Positions 23,482-35,901 of a stretch of 64,000 nt of DNA are shown here, one piece after another; the first letter of the stretch is position 1, and every line of letters begins with the position of its first letter. The stretch spans positions 1 through 64,000 of the forward strand of contig MU054026.1 in the NCBI GenBank assembly GCA_013239625.1, given 5' to 3'. Under the pieces are notes generated by a model. The model saw only the letters and a list, made by a program, of their open reading frames with translations. It had not been told where the DNA came from and did not search any database. Both the position numbers and the translations under genes were made by a program. The stretch comes from Lama guanicoe (taxonomy: Eukaryota).

Positions 23482-25356
23482 TGGAAGAAGATTCTAGGGG
23501 TGGAAACGACCCTCATAAAAACGAACTCCCTGGAGGACACCTCCAGGGTTTTTCCATCACACCCCACATGCCTGAACCCAGGCGTGCACACAGCTGCCCC
23601 TCCAGCTAAGCCTCTGCTGCCCACACACTTTGACCCTCCTCCTCCCTCATGGGCACCATCCAAGCAAGGTGAGGGGAAGAGTGAGCGCTCACCTCTCCCA
23701 GAATATGCCTGTCATGACTTTCATTCTCAAGGGTTCTCTTGATATCCACTATCACCTGGTTCCTCTTGAGAGTGAAGAGGACACAGGACTAACATAGTGA
23801 GATGTAGCCTCGGATCCATACACCCAAGGGATGGCCCAATTTACAAGGCTCACCTAAGAATTTAATGAGAAAACAAGTGCTTTGGAAATAAATATGCTAT
23901 ATGTAACCTGGATTTCCCCGTCTCAGCAGACTGCAGGTAAAACGAGGTCACATTAATATTAATAATAAAAATTTTCTGGCCTGCAGCCACACCTAAAGAA
24001 CTATGGATTCCCATTCTTTAGTTCTCTGGCCCGCACCCCAAGGTCTTCGATCATCTCAGTTATTTCTAGGAAGCCCCAGGGTGAGTCTCAGCTTATGATT
24101 GTGCAAGACTAAATGCACAGCGTCTTGTCTCTCTCAGCTCTTGGAAGGAGTCCCCTGAAGAGGACATTCACCGCAGCGTCTCTCCACCTCCACACCTGAG
24201 GGTGAGGTCTTCTGATAGAGCGCTGCCTCCTTGCCCTGCCACCTCACCCCTCCCCGGGTCCCCCTAACTTGGCCGTGTCTTTTGTCCCTTGAAAACATGG
24301 AAAAGAACGTTCCTTCCTGAGTCAACTAGCCTTCCCTCACCTCTGCACCCAGGCGGCAAAGCATCTTGGGATTTGAGACCCCAGGTCTCAAGCATCTTTT
24401 GCCTGGAAATGGAGAAGACAGTGCTTCCCATTCTAGCCTCCTCCTCAACCCCCAAACACAAGCCCTCGAGGATACCAACTTGTGGAAAGAGATGGCTACA
24501 GTAAGGACTGCGAGTGGGCGATCAGGCGTGACCTGCCCTCACATCCAGATCTCACCGCGGCCCGCCTAGTCTTAACCTTACTGCCATACACAAGGAAATA
24601 AATGTTCACCTTTTGTGTGAATGTGACAATGTTCCTATCATGTATTATGTTATTTAGGCATTAGTTACTTCATTTCTGCCAAATATTTTTCTGTCAAGAT
24701 AATGAAAAAATATGATTCTAAACTTGTTTTATAGACAACATGAGCTTAACCTATCTCAGTCACGAAATATGTTTTGAACCCCAACTGTATGCAAGACATG
24801 TTGCTAAGAGAGCTCATTTGTCATGTGCTGTGGGTGAGACAATCCTCCTTTTTAAAATAAGTATTAACATTTTTATCTTTCTTTCTAAGGGTTTAGTGGC
24901 AACTCATGATATATATTTTCTTATGCAAAGGAACAACTCTCTGCCCTTGCCTCAAAGTTAGCAGAACAAAAGATAAAGGAAATACATAAACCCAATGTGA
25001 GGATTCAGCAAGTCACATCTTGATGAAAAAGTGAAGCGACAGGCATCCAGCCTGTATCATCTACACCCTGGGTCTCTATTGGCCACCACCCAATGTTACA
25101 AACCAGGGATCTAGCTCCTGGCTTTTGTCTCTTGTCTACACATATTTGAGATAAAGCATCTTCTCAATATACCTCAAACAGGAAGTCTAGGACAAATAAA
25201 TGATCAAACCAGTAATTATCAGGTAGATCATTGAGTAAACATTCTATTTCCCATGTTTGCTAGGTCTGATGCAGGCAAAATCTGATTTTCTAAAATGTTC
25301 CCACACATGGAAAAATAGTCTGATTTCTACATGAACCTAGAGTTAAAAGGCATTTC

Positions 25357-25358
<2 letters not shown>

Positions 25359-25406
<48 letters not shown>
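25359..25406. repeat. (GATA)12 microsatellite
   Basis: Perfect tetranucleotide run. Confidence 0.98.
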
Positions 25407-25407
<1 letters not shown>

Positions 25408-25689
25408 AAATAAATTCCTCCAAAGTCAAAAGTGGTCCAAAACAAAGTTCAAACAGATAACCCTAAACAGTCTTCCATTTATAACAAGAACTCTGTGTAT
25501 TCCTAGGGCTCTGAAGGACAAACTATTCCTAATCCTTTAATAATGCATATAGTAGTGATAATATCCATATGAAAGTGAAACCAGTGGAAAAATCGAGGGG
25601 TGGCAACTTCAGCAGAGGTTATTAATAATAAAGGTAAGAATTTACCTTTGTACAACTTCAGAATTGCACTATATCCACGTTCCACACCT

Positions 25690-25865
25690 CATTTGACTCT
25701 TGTACAATCCTTGATGGCATATATGTAAGTATGACTCCACCCACCTGAGTGTTGGTGAACAAGACTTAGGGAAGTTAATTGCCTCACTCCAAGTTATTAG
25801 GTCAACAGGGACTACAAGCCAGGTTTCCTGACTCCTGTTGTTTCCTTTCTGCACTGTCACCCCAT
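25690..25865 (-). mobile_element. MIR
   Basis: ctcatttgactcttgtacaatcct...gacttagggaagttaattgcc...aagccaggtttcctgactcc. Confidence 0.65.
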
Positions 25866-26499
25866 CTCATTACTAAAGCCATAATTATATGAATCACCCA
25901 CCCCTAGTTTTTCCACCCTTCCCCCCTTTTAGAATTTCACAGCCAAATAGCCATGGGTAGTTATCATTTAATTATTTGTAACATTTTTATGCCAGCAGCC
26001 ACCCTTAAACAATCATCTTCTTAATTTTATGCAAAGAAATTTCTAGAATAAACTATCTCCCACCCCAAAATCCTTAAATATAATTTATTACAGTGTTTTT
26101 TCTAGCCTTCAGCTAAATGTACCTTAAAAATGAAAGTGTGTCTGCCTATCACAAGCTATTCTAAAGCTGGTCAAAATAGGTAAGTCCACTGTTTTCAAGT
26201 GATGGATAAAAGAAAAGGCAGATGGTGACCCATCAGAGAAAGAGTCCTACATCATCTCATGAGATGAGCCCTACGTTCGCCAGCATTCTGGAACTGTGAG
26301 TATGTTCTCTGCTGCAGTGTGGGGAGGAAGATCTCAAGCAAGATGGCCATCTTGCTAAGCTAAGAAGACAGTTCAGAGCTTTGAAAGGACCCAGGATTTA
26401 CTGGGCTCATTACTAGAGAAGATGTAGCTGAGAAGAGAGGAAGCCCCCAGACTCTGAATGGAGTTCTCCACAGGTCCCTGGCTGGGTAAGGTGTCGTGT

Positions 26500-28660
26500 G
26501 CCTAGGACAAGACTTTGCAAAGCACCTCACTGCAGAAATCACCTGCTCTGGGGCTGGGAACTAAGTGGAGACATCACACATCACACTGAGCTGAGAGGTG
26601 CTGGAGGTCCAATTAAAGGGCCTCACTGAGCACCTCAGACATTCAGTTAAAACCCGAGAAAGACCATGCTTTAGGAGTAAGAAACATGCTCTAAGATAAG
26701 GGCAACACCATAGAAGTGAGGTCAAAAAAAAAGATGAGCCTTAACAAAGAAGAAAGTCAAACCTGACAGAATCAAAAGTATTCACGAGGGACTGCCCACT
26801 GGGAAAAAAACATCAACACTCTTTGGAGTCAAACAACATAACTCAGATTCCCAACAAGTTCTCACTCCTTACATCTAGCAGAAAACTGAAACATTTTCAG
26901 ACGGACAAAGAAGCAGAAAAGTGAAACCTATAATTAAGAAAAAAAATGAGTAGAAATAGACCCCAAGACAACACACATAGTGGAATTAGTAGAGGAGGAA
27001 TTTAAAGGCAGCTGTAAGATTGGTAAAAGGTACCAAACTTTCAGGTATAAGATGAGCAAGTTTTGAGGATCTAAGATGTACCATGGTGACTATAGTTGAT
27101 TATATTGTGCTGTATAATTGAAATTTAGGAGAGTAGAACTTAAATATTCTTACCAAAAGAAGTAAGTAGGTGAAGTGATGGATGTATTAATTAACTTGAT
27201 GAGGTGGTGGGTAATTTCACAATCTATGCATCCATCAAATCATCACATGTACACTTCAAACATCTCATAAATTTATTTGTCAATTATACCTCAATAAAGC
27301 TGGGGGAGGGAAGCAGCTATTGTAAACATGTTTAAGGAATTAGAAGAAAAGATAGTCATCTCAAGGGAATAAATGGGGAATGGAAAATAAAATGGTGATT
27401 CTGGAACTGGTAAATACAAGTTATCAAATGATAGCATCACTGGATGGGTTTAACAGTGCATTGGAGGCATGCAAAGCAAAGAATTAGAAAACCTGAAGAA
27501 AGACCAATAGAAATTATCAAACCTAAAAATCAAATATTATAAACCAACTGTACTTCAATTTAAAACACTAACAATTTGAAAAATTTGAACATCTGAAAAT
27601 CAGAGGCAAAAATATTTTCAAATGAAAAGAGTTATCAGAAATCTGTGTCAGTATCAAGAGATCGAACTTATATATAACCAAAAGCACTGAAAAACAGAGA
27701 AACAGAGAATGGAGCTGAAAAGTGTTTGAAGAAATAACAGCAAAATTGGTGAAAAACATCAACTTACTGATGTAAGAATCTATGTGAATGTCATGCAGAA
27801 TAAATATAAAGAGAATGGCATCTAGGCACATTGGAGTCAAACGGCTGGAAGCTGAAAATGATCAAAGCAGCCAATTAAAAAAGGTGCATTGCATACATAC
27901 AAAATGATGGCTAACTTATTACCAAAAACAATGAAACCCAGATGATAATAAAATGATGTCTTTAAAGTGCTTTAAAAACAAAACAGAAAAATCCACCTAG
28001 AATTGTATTCTCACTGAAAATATCTATTAAAAATACGGATGAAATAGAGACATCTTCAGATATATAAAAGCTAAAAGAACTTGTTGTCAGCACACCTGCA
28101 CAACAAGAAATGCAAAAGAGTTATTCTTCATGAAGGCAATTGACATCAGATGGAAACGCAGATTTACAGAATAGAGTGGAAATGGTAAACATGTGGGTAA
28201 ATACAAAATGTTATCAATTTTTCTGTCCTCAATTTAAAGGATAACTGACTGTTTACAGTGAAAGTAATAGTGTTTCACTGTGAGGTTTAGAATGCATGTC
28301 GATTTGAAATATTTGACAGTAATACCATGAAGCATGGGGTGGGGGAAGGGACTAAATAAAACAGTACTACTTTAAGATTCCTACATTTTACTTCAAGTGG
28401 TACAAAATTAATTCTAAGCAGACTGCGACAAATTAAGGAAACATAATGTAATCCCCATCAATCATTTAAAAAGATATGCAAAGAGGTATAACTAAAAAGC
28501 AAATAAATAACTTGAGAAGAAGTACAATAATTATATTCTATTGGCTTAAAACAAGGCAGGAAAGAAGGAATCAAAGAAAAACACAATGCATTGGATAGAT
28601 AGAAAACAGTCAAACCAGAGCAGTGGCTACGTGGAGTGTAGTGGGTTAGTCTCTCTCACG
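26500..28660 (+). mobile_element. Old L1M 5' portion: 5' region, decayed ORF1, spacer and start of ORF2
   Basis: Decayed ORF1 motifs: FKAAI.NMFKEL (split at ~27010/27315), VFEEI.A (gtgtttgaagaaataacagca), KLKE.V.S.PA.QEM (aagctaaaagaacttgttgtcagcacacctgcacaacaagaaatg); A-rich sense strand. Confidence 0.8.
27016..27310 (+). mobile_element. L1MA-type 3' end nested in ORF1 of the older L1
   Basis: aaactttcaggtataagatgag...catggtgactatagttgat...gtcaattatacctcaataaagctggggg; flanks aggcagctgt and aagcagctat. Confidence 0.85.
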
Positions 28661-28709
28661 CATGTTTAACCAATTCTTGACAGTCTCAAAGACGCTTCCA
28701 GGGAAACTT

Positions 28710-29945
28710 AACAAATGATATTGAGACAATTGGATATCCATGTGCAAAAAATTAAAAATAAATATTAAATAATAACTGATAAATAAATAAGGAATCTCAC
28801 ACCATGTACAAAAATTAACTGGAAATGAATCATGGACCTAATAAATCATGAACCTAAATATAAAACCTAAAACTATAAAACATCTACAAGAAAGCTTAAG
28901 ACAAAATCTATATGACCTTGGTTTAAACAATGATTTCTTTGTTTACAACACCAAATACACTATTTGTTAAAGAAAGGGGAAAAAATGGATTAGCTTGACT
29001 TTATCAAAGTTCAGAACTTCTCCTTTTTGAAAGATGCTATTAAAAAAATGAAAAGACAAGCTACAAACTGGCAGAGAATATTTGCCATCACAAATCTGAT
29101 AAAAGATTTAAATCCAGAATGCTAAAAGAACTCTTGAAATTCAATGATAAGAAATACAATCCAATAAAAGGAAGGGGTAGATGATTTCAACAAATATTTC
29201 ACCAAAGATATATTGATGGCAAAAAATAAAATCATATGAAATGATACTCAGCAATGTTAGTTATTAGGGAAACACAAATTCAAACCGCCATGAGATAGCA
29301 CTTCATCTCTATTAGAATGTTTGTGATTAGAAATATTTCCCATAGCAAAAGTGCAGAGCAACTGCAAAATACTTCTGATGAGAATGTAAAATGATACAAC
29401 TGTCTTGGAAAGAGTTTGGCCATTAAGAAGTTAAACATACACCATCATATGACCCCACCATTTCACTCCTAGGTATTTACCGCAAGAGAAAATGAACACA
29501 CGTGTTCATAGAAAGACTTGCACACACGTGTGCATAGTTTTATGTGTGATAACCCAAACTGGAAATGACTCAAATGTCCATCAAAGGTGAATAGGTAAAC
29601 AAATTGTGACTTACACTAATGGAACACTACTCGGCAATAAAAAAGGAATAAACTATTGATACAAAAGAGTATGTACTGTATGATCCCATTTATACAAAAT
29701 TCTAGAAAATTCCAACTAATCTATAGTGACAGAGATCATACCAGAGCTTGCCTGGTAATAGGGACTTTACAGGGAAGGACTGCCAAGGGGCACAAGAAAA
29801 CTTTTGAGCGTGGTACTTCCTAATCTTGATTGTGATGATGTTTTCATGGATGTATAGTTATATCAAAAAATATCAAATTTCATACTTTAAATGTGCACAA
29901 TGAATATTTATTTTATGTCAATTATATTGCAATAAAATTTTTTAA
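28710..29945 (+). mobile_element. L1 (L1MB/MC/MD-type) ORF2 C-terminus and 3'UTR
   Basis: caattggatatccatgtgcaaaaa, caccatgtacaaaaattaact, catatgaccccaccatttcactcctaggtatttac, ctaatctatagtgacagaga, tgtcaattatattgcaataaa. Confidence 0.9.
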
Positions 29946-29949
29946 ATGC

Positions 29950-30420
29950 TTATAGCAACACTGCTTGCAAAAGTAAAAATCTAAGCAACAGAAGTGCCCC
30001 AACAGTAAAGTAGAAAAACATTTTCATTATATTGATTAACACATGGCAAAAAACATTTCCTAACCCTAAAGATACATGCAAAAACATGTATGAAACTTCT
30101 GAACACCTGAGTAAAAACAGCAAATCATAAAAGTATATTATTACAGTTAAAAAATAAAAAATATAGAAAACTAAACAATACATTGTTCAGTAGTATCTAC
30201 AATTATTATAAAACAATAAAGAGAAACATGAGAGAAATAAGCACACGATTCAGATGAGTGGTTTTGGGGCAGGTGGGAAGGGAAGGGGACGAAGGCAGGG
30301 CACACAGAATGTCTCAAATTTAATTGTGATGTTTTCATTTTTAAATGAACTGTAGGCATATTTGTACTGTAGGCATATTATAAGTAACCCTTTTTGTTTA
30401 CTCAGTATTTAATAAAATAT
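29950..30420 (+). mobile_element. Highly decayed ancient L1 3' fragment (L1ME-like)
   Basis: atagcaacactgcttgcaaaagtaaaaatctaagcaac...aagtgccccaacagtaaag resembles the L1 ORF2 end; A-rich. Confidence 0.55.
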
Positions 30421-30434
30421 GTTAGCAAGTCTAA

Positions 30435-30705
30435 GAACTTAAACGCTCGATTGAAAAGGTTGCGATTGTCAGACTAGGTAAACAAAGCATGGCCACGCAT
30501 GTACCGTCTAGAAAAGGTGAACTTAAAATAAAAAGCCCAGAGAGGCCGAAAGTAAAAGGATGAACAAAAGATAAACCATGAAAACAATAAGCATAAGAAA
30601 ACAAATTTTGTTACATTAATATCAGTCAAAGTAGACTTGCAGCCCAGATTACCATTAGCATTAGAGGAATATGCCATAATGATCAAAGGGTCGATTCAAC
30701 AAAGT
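30435..30705 (+). mobile_element. L1 ORF2 endonuclease-domain remnant
   Basis: Decayed NAPIKR.RLSD, KVKG..KI.H.N, LIS.KVD and IMIKGSIQQ motifs (ataatgatcaaagggtcgattcaacaa). Confidence 0.85.
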
Positions 30706-32039
30706 AATGGGGAATGAGTGAAATAATTATCTGCAAAGATGAGGGCAAACTGATCCAATCATGAGAGCCCACGAGGTCCTTCTTTGGTCTCTCTGAAAAG
30801 CGGAGGGATGACTTGGAAGGCAGAGTGATGACTTGGAAGGCTCTGTCAACTTCACGGACCCAACAGTCCAGTTCTGAGCTGCCTTCCTCCAGATTTACTT
30901 TATTTCATCTTCGTAAGTTTCTACCCTATCCTAAAGAGAGGGAGGGAAAAGAAATCCAATAACAGCAATAACAATAAAAACAGAATTAAAGAACATGGGG
31001 GTATTCATAAAGCAATGAGTACAAGTGTTAGCATTTAATCATTTACTACAGTACCCGAGCATTCACTCCAACTCTAAAATAAGCTGTTTCAAATGTGAAC
31101 TTTTTATTTCTGCCTCTATCTGCCACTTTGCTCTTTTGCTTTTTTTCTTTCTTTGATTTTATGTTTGTGCTTAAATCAGGACTACAAATATAAAACTTAA
31201 AAATAAATCAATAGGTAGTGGAACTCATGTGTGATCAGAAAAATCGAAATCATTTTTCTTTTGGGACAAAAGTATTAAAATGAATTGCCATCCTGGCTAA
31301 GTGGAGACATTACGGTGACATGAGTAATATTCCAAGTTGCTGCAAAATACTGCAGTATTTGCTGATTACTCTATGGTAACTGTGTCAGAAACAGGGCTTG
31401 GGGACAGATTTCATCTTCTGAAATTATTTCCACTGAGGAGGAGAACCTGGCACCTTGACGATGGTCGAAGAATAAACAAAACAAAATAACTCAGGCACCT
31501 GGCATAGGCTGGGGACACGCAGAGACTACCAGCTTCACTGCCCCTTGTCAATCTAGTCATTGCTTTTAATTTATCTGTCGATTTACACCACGGAAGGATT
31601 TAACTTCTTCTTTTCCCCACCTCACACTTCAGGTTTTCCAAATTGGATTATTTTTCCTCTTTCCTACTCTCTGAAAGAGATACAGATCCATAGAACCTGG
31701 TGGTGTTCAGTCACAGAGGGATCTTTTCACCTGCACAAATCTCTATTCCGTGAGCTGTAAGAACCATCACCATTTGAACAGGTATAGGCCACCAAGAGGC
31801 TGGTTGGAGCTGAAGACGCTAGCAAACCATTAACATTGTTTCTATGTTATGCAAATATAGTTATGCAGGTGGTGTGTAGCCATTGTTCAAATATAGTCTG
31901 TCCATGGAGGAGTATGTGTGTGTGTGCGTGCATTTGTGTGATTTACATACAACATACACCAAAAATCCATCATATCATTTAGAGTTAGTGCGCACGTGCT
32001 CACATATGGAGAGGGAGCTTGGCAACACAAATATTTCCA

Positions 32040-32800
32040 CCACTCATCATTTCATCAAATACTTACTCATTAAATATTTATTGAGCACCTATGATGTACC
32101 AGGCCATGAATTAGATGCTATGGGAGCTAAAGAAAAATTAGTCATAGTCTCTCCCCTAAGCAGCTTGTAAACCAGAGGCAGAGATAAACCAAGGACTCAA
32201 AACCCTGACTTCCAAATAGAAAGTGACACATACCACAAGGAGGCAAAGAAAAAGTGCCAAGGGAGTCTGAAAAGGGGGGAGATTAATTCTAAGGGCTCAT
32301 AGGGGGAAATGTCCAGAAATGCTTTATGGAGGAAGCAGTTTTTGTGCTTTTTAAATTGAAGTACAGTCAGTTACAATGTATCAACATTCAGTGTACAGCA
32401 TAATGTCCCAGTTACGCATATGTATACATATATTCGTTTTCTATTCTTTTTCATTAAAGGTTATTACAATATATTGAATATAGTTCCCTGTGCCATACAG
32501 AAGAAATACGTGTTTTTTTTAAATTTATTTTTATATATAATGGTTAACCGGAAGTAGTTTTTGAAATGGACCACACAGTCTGGTCATATTTTAATAGGAG
32601 AAGTTAGTGGGTACTTTTCCATTAAAGAAAACTGCATGTACAGAGCTCTAGAAATAAGAAAGTTGTGTTATCAAGCATGTGGATTTGTCTAATTTGAGTA
32701 AAGCGTGAGGTTCCAAGAGAATCCTGGGAGATGAAGCCTGGGCTCTGGGGGTTTAGAATAAATGTGAGGGTCAACGGGAAGCCATTCAAAGAAGTTGTGT
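32040..32800 (-). mobile_element. L2 3' region, interrupted by an L1
   Basis: aaatatttattgagcacctatgatgtaccaggc...tagatgctatggga...gctttatggaggaag. Confidence 0.75.
32345..32549 (-). mobile_element. L1 3' end with TSD
   Basis: aattgaagtacagtcagttacaatg...atattgaatatagttccctgtgc; 14-bp TSD ggaag(c/t)agtttttg at 32331-32344 and 32550-32563. Confidence 0.9.
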
Positions 32801-32914
32801 ATGCAGAGGAGAAGCACTGAGATGTCAGTTTCTTGTCTCTTTTATTTATTTCCCTTTAATTCCCAGTAGGGACTCGTGCACTTCATGGAGTTCCAGTAAA
32901 AAGTGTCATTTATG

Positions 32915-33150
32915 GCTTGCACTAACTGAGCACTTACTATGTGCCTCACTCTGTTCTAAACACTTGACATATAAAAGCTCATTTTAGCCTCACTGCCACT
33001 CGATGAGATTTTGGACATAATTATCTCCATTCTATGGATGAGGTAACTGGGATGTAACATTTAAGTTACAAACTTAAACTCTCACAGGTTTTGATAACAG
33101 AACAAAGGCATCAGCCCAAGTCTGAACTAGTTTTCTCAACTGCTTCTCAA
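32915..33150 (-). mobile_element. MIR
   Basis: actgagcacttactatgtgcc...tgttctaaacactt...attatctccattctatggatgaggtaactggg. Confidence 0.8.
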
Positions 33151-34185
33151 CAAATAAACAGCAATTAAGTAAGTAAATGAAGAACTTCACACCCCGAAAA
33201 ACAACACATTATACTCTTTCTCTCGTGATTAGATTGACAGATGAAATGAGACACAGCTCACTGGGCTTAGTCGCGGCCTTGGTGGTGACATTCTCCATGC
33301 TGATTCGGGTCAGGTCCCTGCTCTCAGCTGGAGAATGTGTTGTGTTGTTGTTTTGTTGTGTTTTGTCATTGAATCTCACAAGATGTGCAAAACTGGCTCC
33401 CAGCTTCTATTGCCAGGTGGCAGTCACCGAGAGCTGACCACCCATCATGATGGCTGGAGTTCGGTACCCGTGTTTGGTGCTGTGGGGCTGTGAGAGGCAT
33501 GGGAGAATCCTGAAATGGCCTGTGTGGAAAGGAAGGTGGATCGGAGCCCATGGGAGTCCTTGAGAGGGATGTGAAATTGCCTCTACTTCCACACACAGAA
33601 TCAGAAGGTTTCCTTGCACCAGGATAATATGATTATTTTGCAATTAGTTGAGGAGCCAGGGAAGGTGGGGAGGGGGCTGTGATTTGAGGTTGGTCTGCAC
33701 GAGCCAAGGAAGGGAAAAGCAATGATCTGCTCTTTGGAATTATAAAGACATCTTCATTGGAACGTAGAAGTTCCAAAAGTCATTCTCATCTTGGAGGTTC
33801 ATTTCTGCTCTTTTTACAAATAATATAAATGCCTAAAATTCTTCTAGGAAGACACGACTCTAAGGTTTCTGAAAAGGAGTATCAATCTAGTCCTGTCTGG
33901 AAGTACTTACTGAGTGTTTATTATGAGCCATTCAGAGTCCACTGTATGGGGCATCAGAAGACCCTGAGGCAGTGTGGTAAAGGGAAGAGAGCTTTGACCC
34001 CATACCCAACCCACCCCCAGCTCTGAGTGGCTGAGAGGCTGTGTTCAAGGCATTCCAAAAGCTCTAATCCCATTTCTTCATCTCTACTATGGAAACAAGA
34101 GCATCCACATGATAGGGTGGTGGTGATACTCAAATGAGGTGCTGTAGATGAGGTTCTGTAAACATTAAAGTACGCAGTGAATCTC

Positions 34186-34232
34186 TGTGTGTGTGTGTAT
34201 GTGTGTGCATGTGTGTGTGTGTGTGTGTGTGT
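34186..34232. repeat. Interrupted (TG)n microsatellite
   Basis: Directly visible. Confidence 0.95.
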
Positions 34233-34431
34233 GACCTCATGTTCCTTTCTAAGCAGTGGTCATATGTGCTTTCCTTTAAGCTGTTGCTGAACAGCTGTCT
34301 GTCTCACATTTCCTCAGCCCACAGAGCCAGGCTCAGTATCATTCCAGATACACCCATCTATAGCTACTTCATCAGTGGGATGACTTATCTTTTGTCAACT
34401 TTTGTTGCTGTTTTTGTTATTGACATAGAGT

Positions 34432-35079
34432 TGATACGGGAAAAATGAATGTGGGGTTTGAGGAGGGCCATGTCCCAGGTCATGGTGGAGCCCCTGGGAC
34501 GTGCCCCGCCCAGTGTGGTTCCTTGGCTTGGCACAGGAAAGAATTCAAGAGGGAGCCACAGTTGAGTAAAGGTAGATTTATTCAGAGAAATACACAGGCT
34601 ATTTTCAGAAGGCAAGAGAAAGGCCACGAGGTGTGGGGGTTACGTGCTCAGGTTAAAGTAAAAGTAGGTACACACTCCATAAACAAAGTGTGGACCGTTT
34701 CTGAAGACAAGGGAGCTAGAGAGGTAGACGCGAGGTTGCCAGTTTTTATGTGATTGGTAGCTTCACACACCAACAAGTGGGAGGACCATTCCAGCTACCC
34801 TGGGGAAGGGGCTGGGATTCCCAGGAATTGAACCATCATCCACTCTTTGGCTTTTATGGTCAGGCTGGAAGCTGTCAGGGCACCTGTGGACATGTTATTT
34901 ATTATGCTAATGTATTACAGTGAGTGCACAATGAAGCTCAAGGTCTACTGGGAGTCAAATCTCCCACCATCTTGAGCATCAAGGTCTCCTGGGAGTTGAA
35001 TCTTCTACCACTTTGGTGTTAACTGCTGCTGCTCCCTTCCTTGAATGGCTGTGCCCTGTCCCCTTTCCTTCCTGTCTTA
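34432..35079 (-). mobile_element. ERV1-type solo LTR inserted into a short L1 3' end
   Basis: Termini tgatac...gtctta, 4-bp flanks gagt/aagt, minus-strand AATAAA at 34577-34582; the L1 terminal sequence attgacatagagt|tagttacaatgtgtc is split around it. Confidence 0.8.
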
Positions 35080-35338
35080 AAGTTAGTTACAATGTGTCGA
35101 TTTCTGGTACGAAATGTTTCAGTCATACATACACATTGCCAACTTTTAATAGAGTCAAAGGAATGAATGAGCCAACCTTTCCCCTACTCTTGCTTTCTTT
35201 TTCTGGGTCCACTGGAGAGAAACGAGTTTTCAGGGAGGCATTAACATAAAGTTTTAGCATTACCTTAGGTGAGATTACGTGAAATGGTGACAAAGTGATG
35301 CCACAAGTTTAGACACACATTCCTTCCACAAGCATTTG

Positions 35339-35901
35339 TGTATTCGTTTCCCACGGCTTCTCTAACGAAGTACCACAAACGTAGTAGCTGAAACATTATG
35401 GATTCATTATTTTACAGTTCAGAGGGTCAGAAGTCTCACTGGGCTAAAATGAAGATGGAGGCAGAGTCTAGCATTTCTTCTGGAGGCTCGAGGGGAGAAC
35501 TTGTTACTTGCCTTTTCTGTCTTCTAGAACCTGCCCGTGTTCCGTGGCTCATAGTCCTCTTCCATCTTCAAAGATGATGATCACATCCATCCAACCTCTG
35601 CTTCCAGCATCACGTCTTCTCAGGCTCTCCCACTTCCCTCTTTCCTTTATAAGAATTCTTTTAAGTGTGTCCATCAGATAATCCAGCATAATCTCCTTGT
35701 CTCAAGATCCTTAATTTAATCATGTCTACAAAGAACAAAATCAATTTTGTAATATAATATAATGTAATTATACTATATTGTAATAGAGCCAAATATTCCA
35801 GGAATTCACTAGTTTTCTTTACTGCCTTTTAACAGATTAACGTTTGTTAAAAGAAATAAGATATATGAACGTCTATAAAGGCCATTATTCTGCCTACTAC
35901 A
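35339..35901 (-). mobile_element. MLT1 (MLT1C/D-like) solo LTR
   Basis: tgtattcgtttcc...taccacaaac...ttctggaggctcgaggggagaa...tctcaagatccttaatttaatca...gccattattctgcctactaca. Confidence 0.88.
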
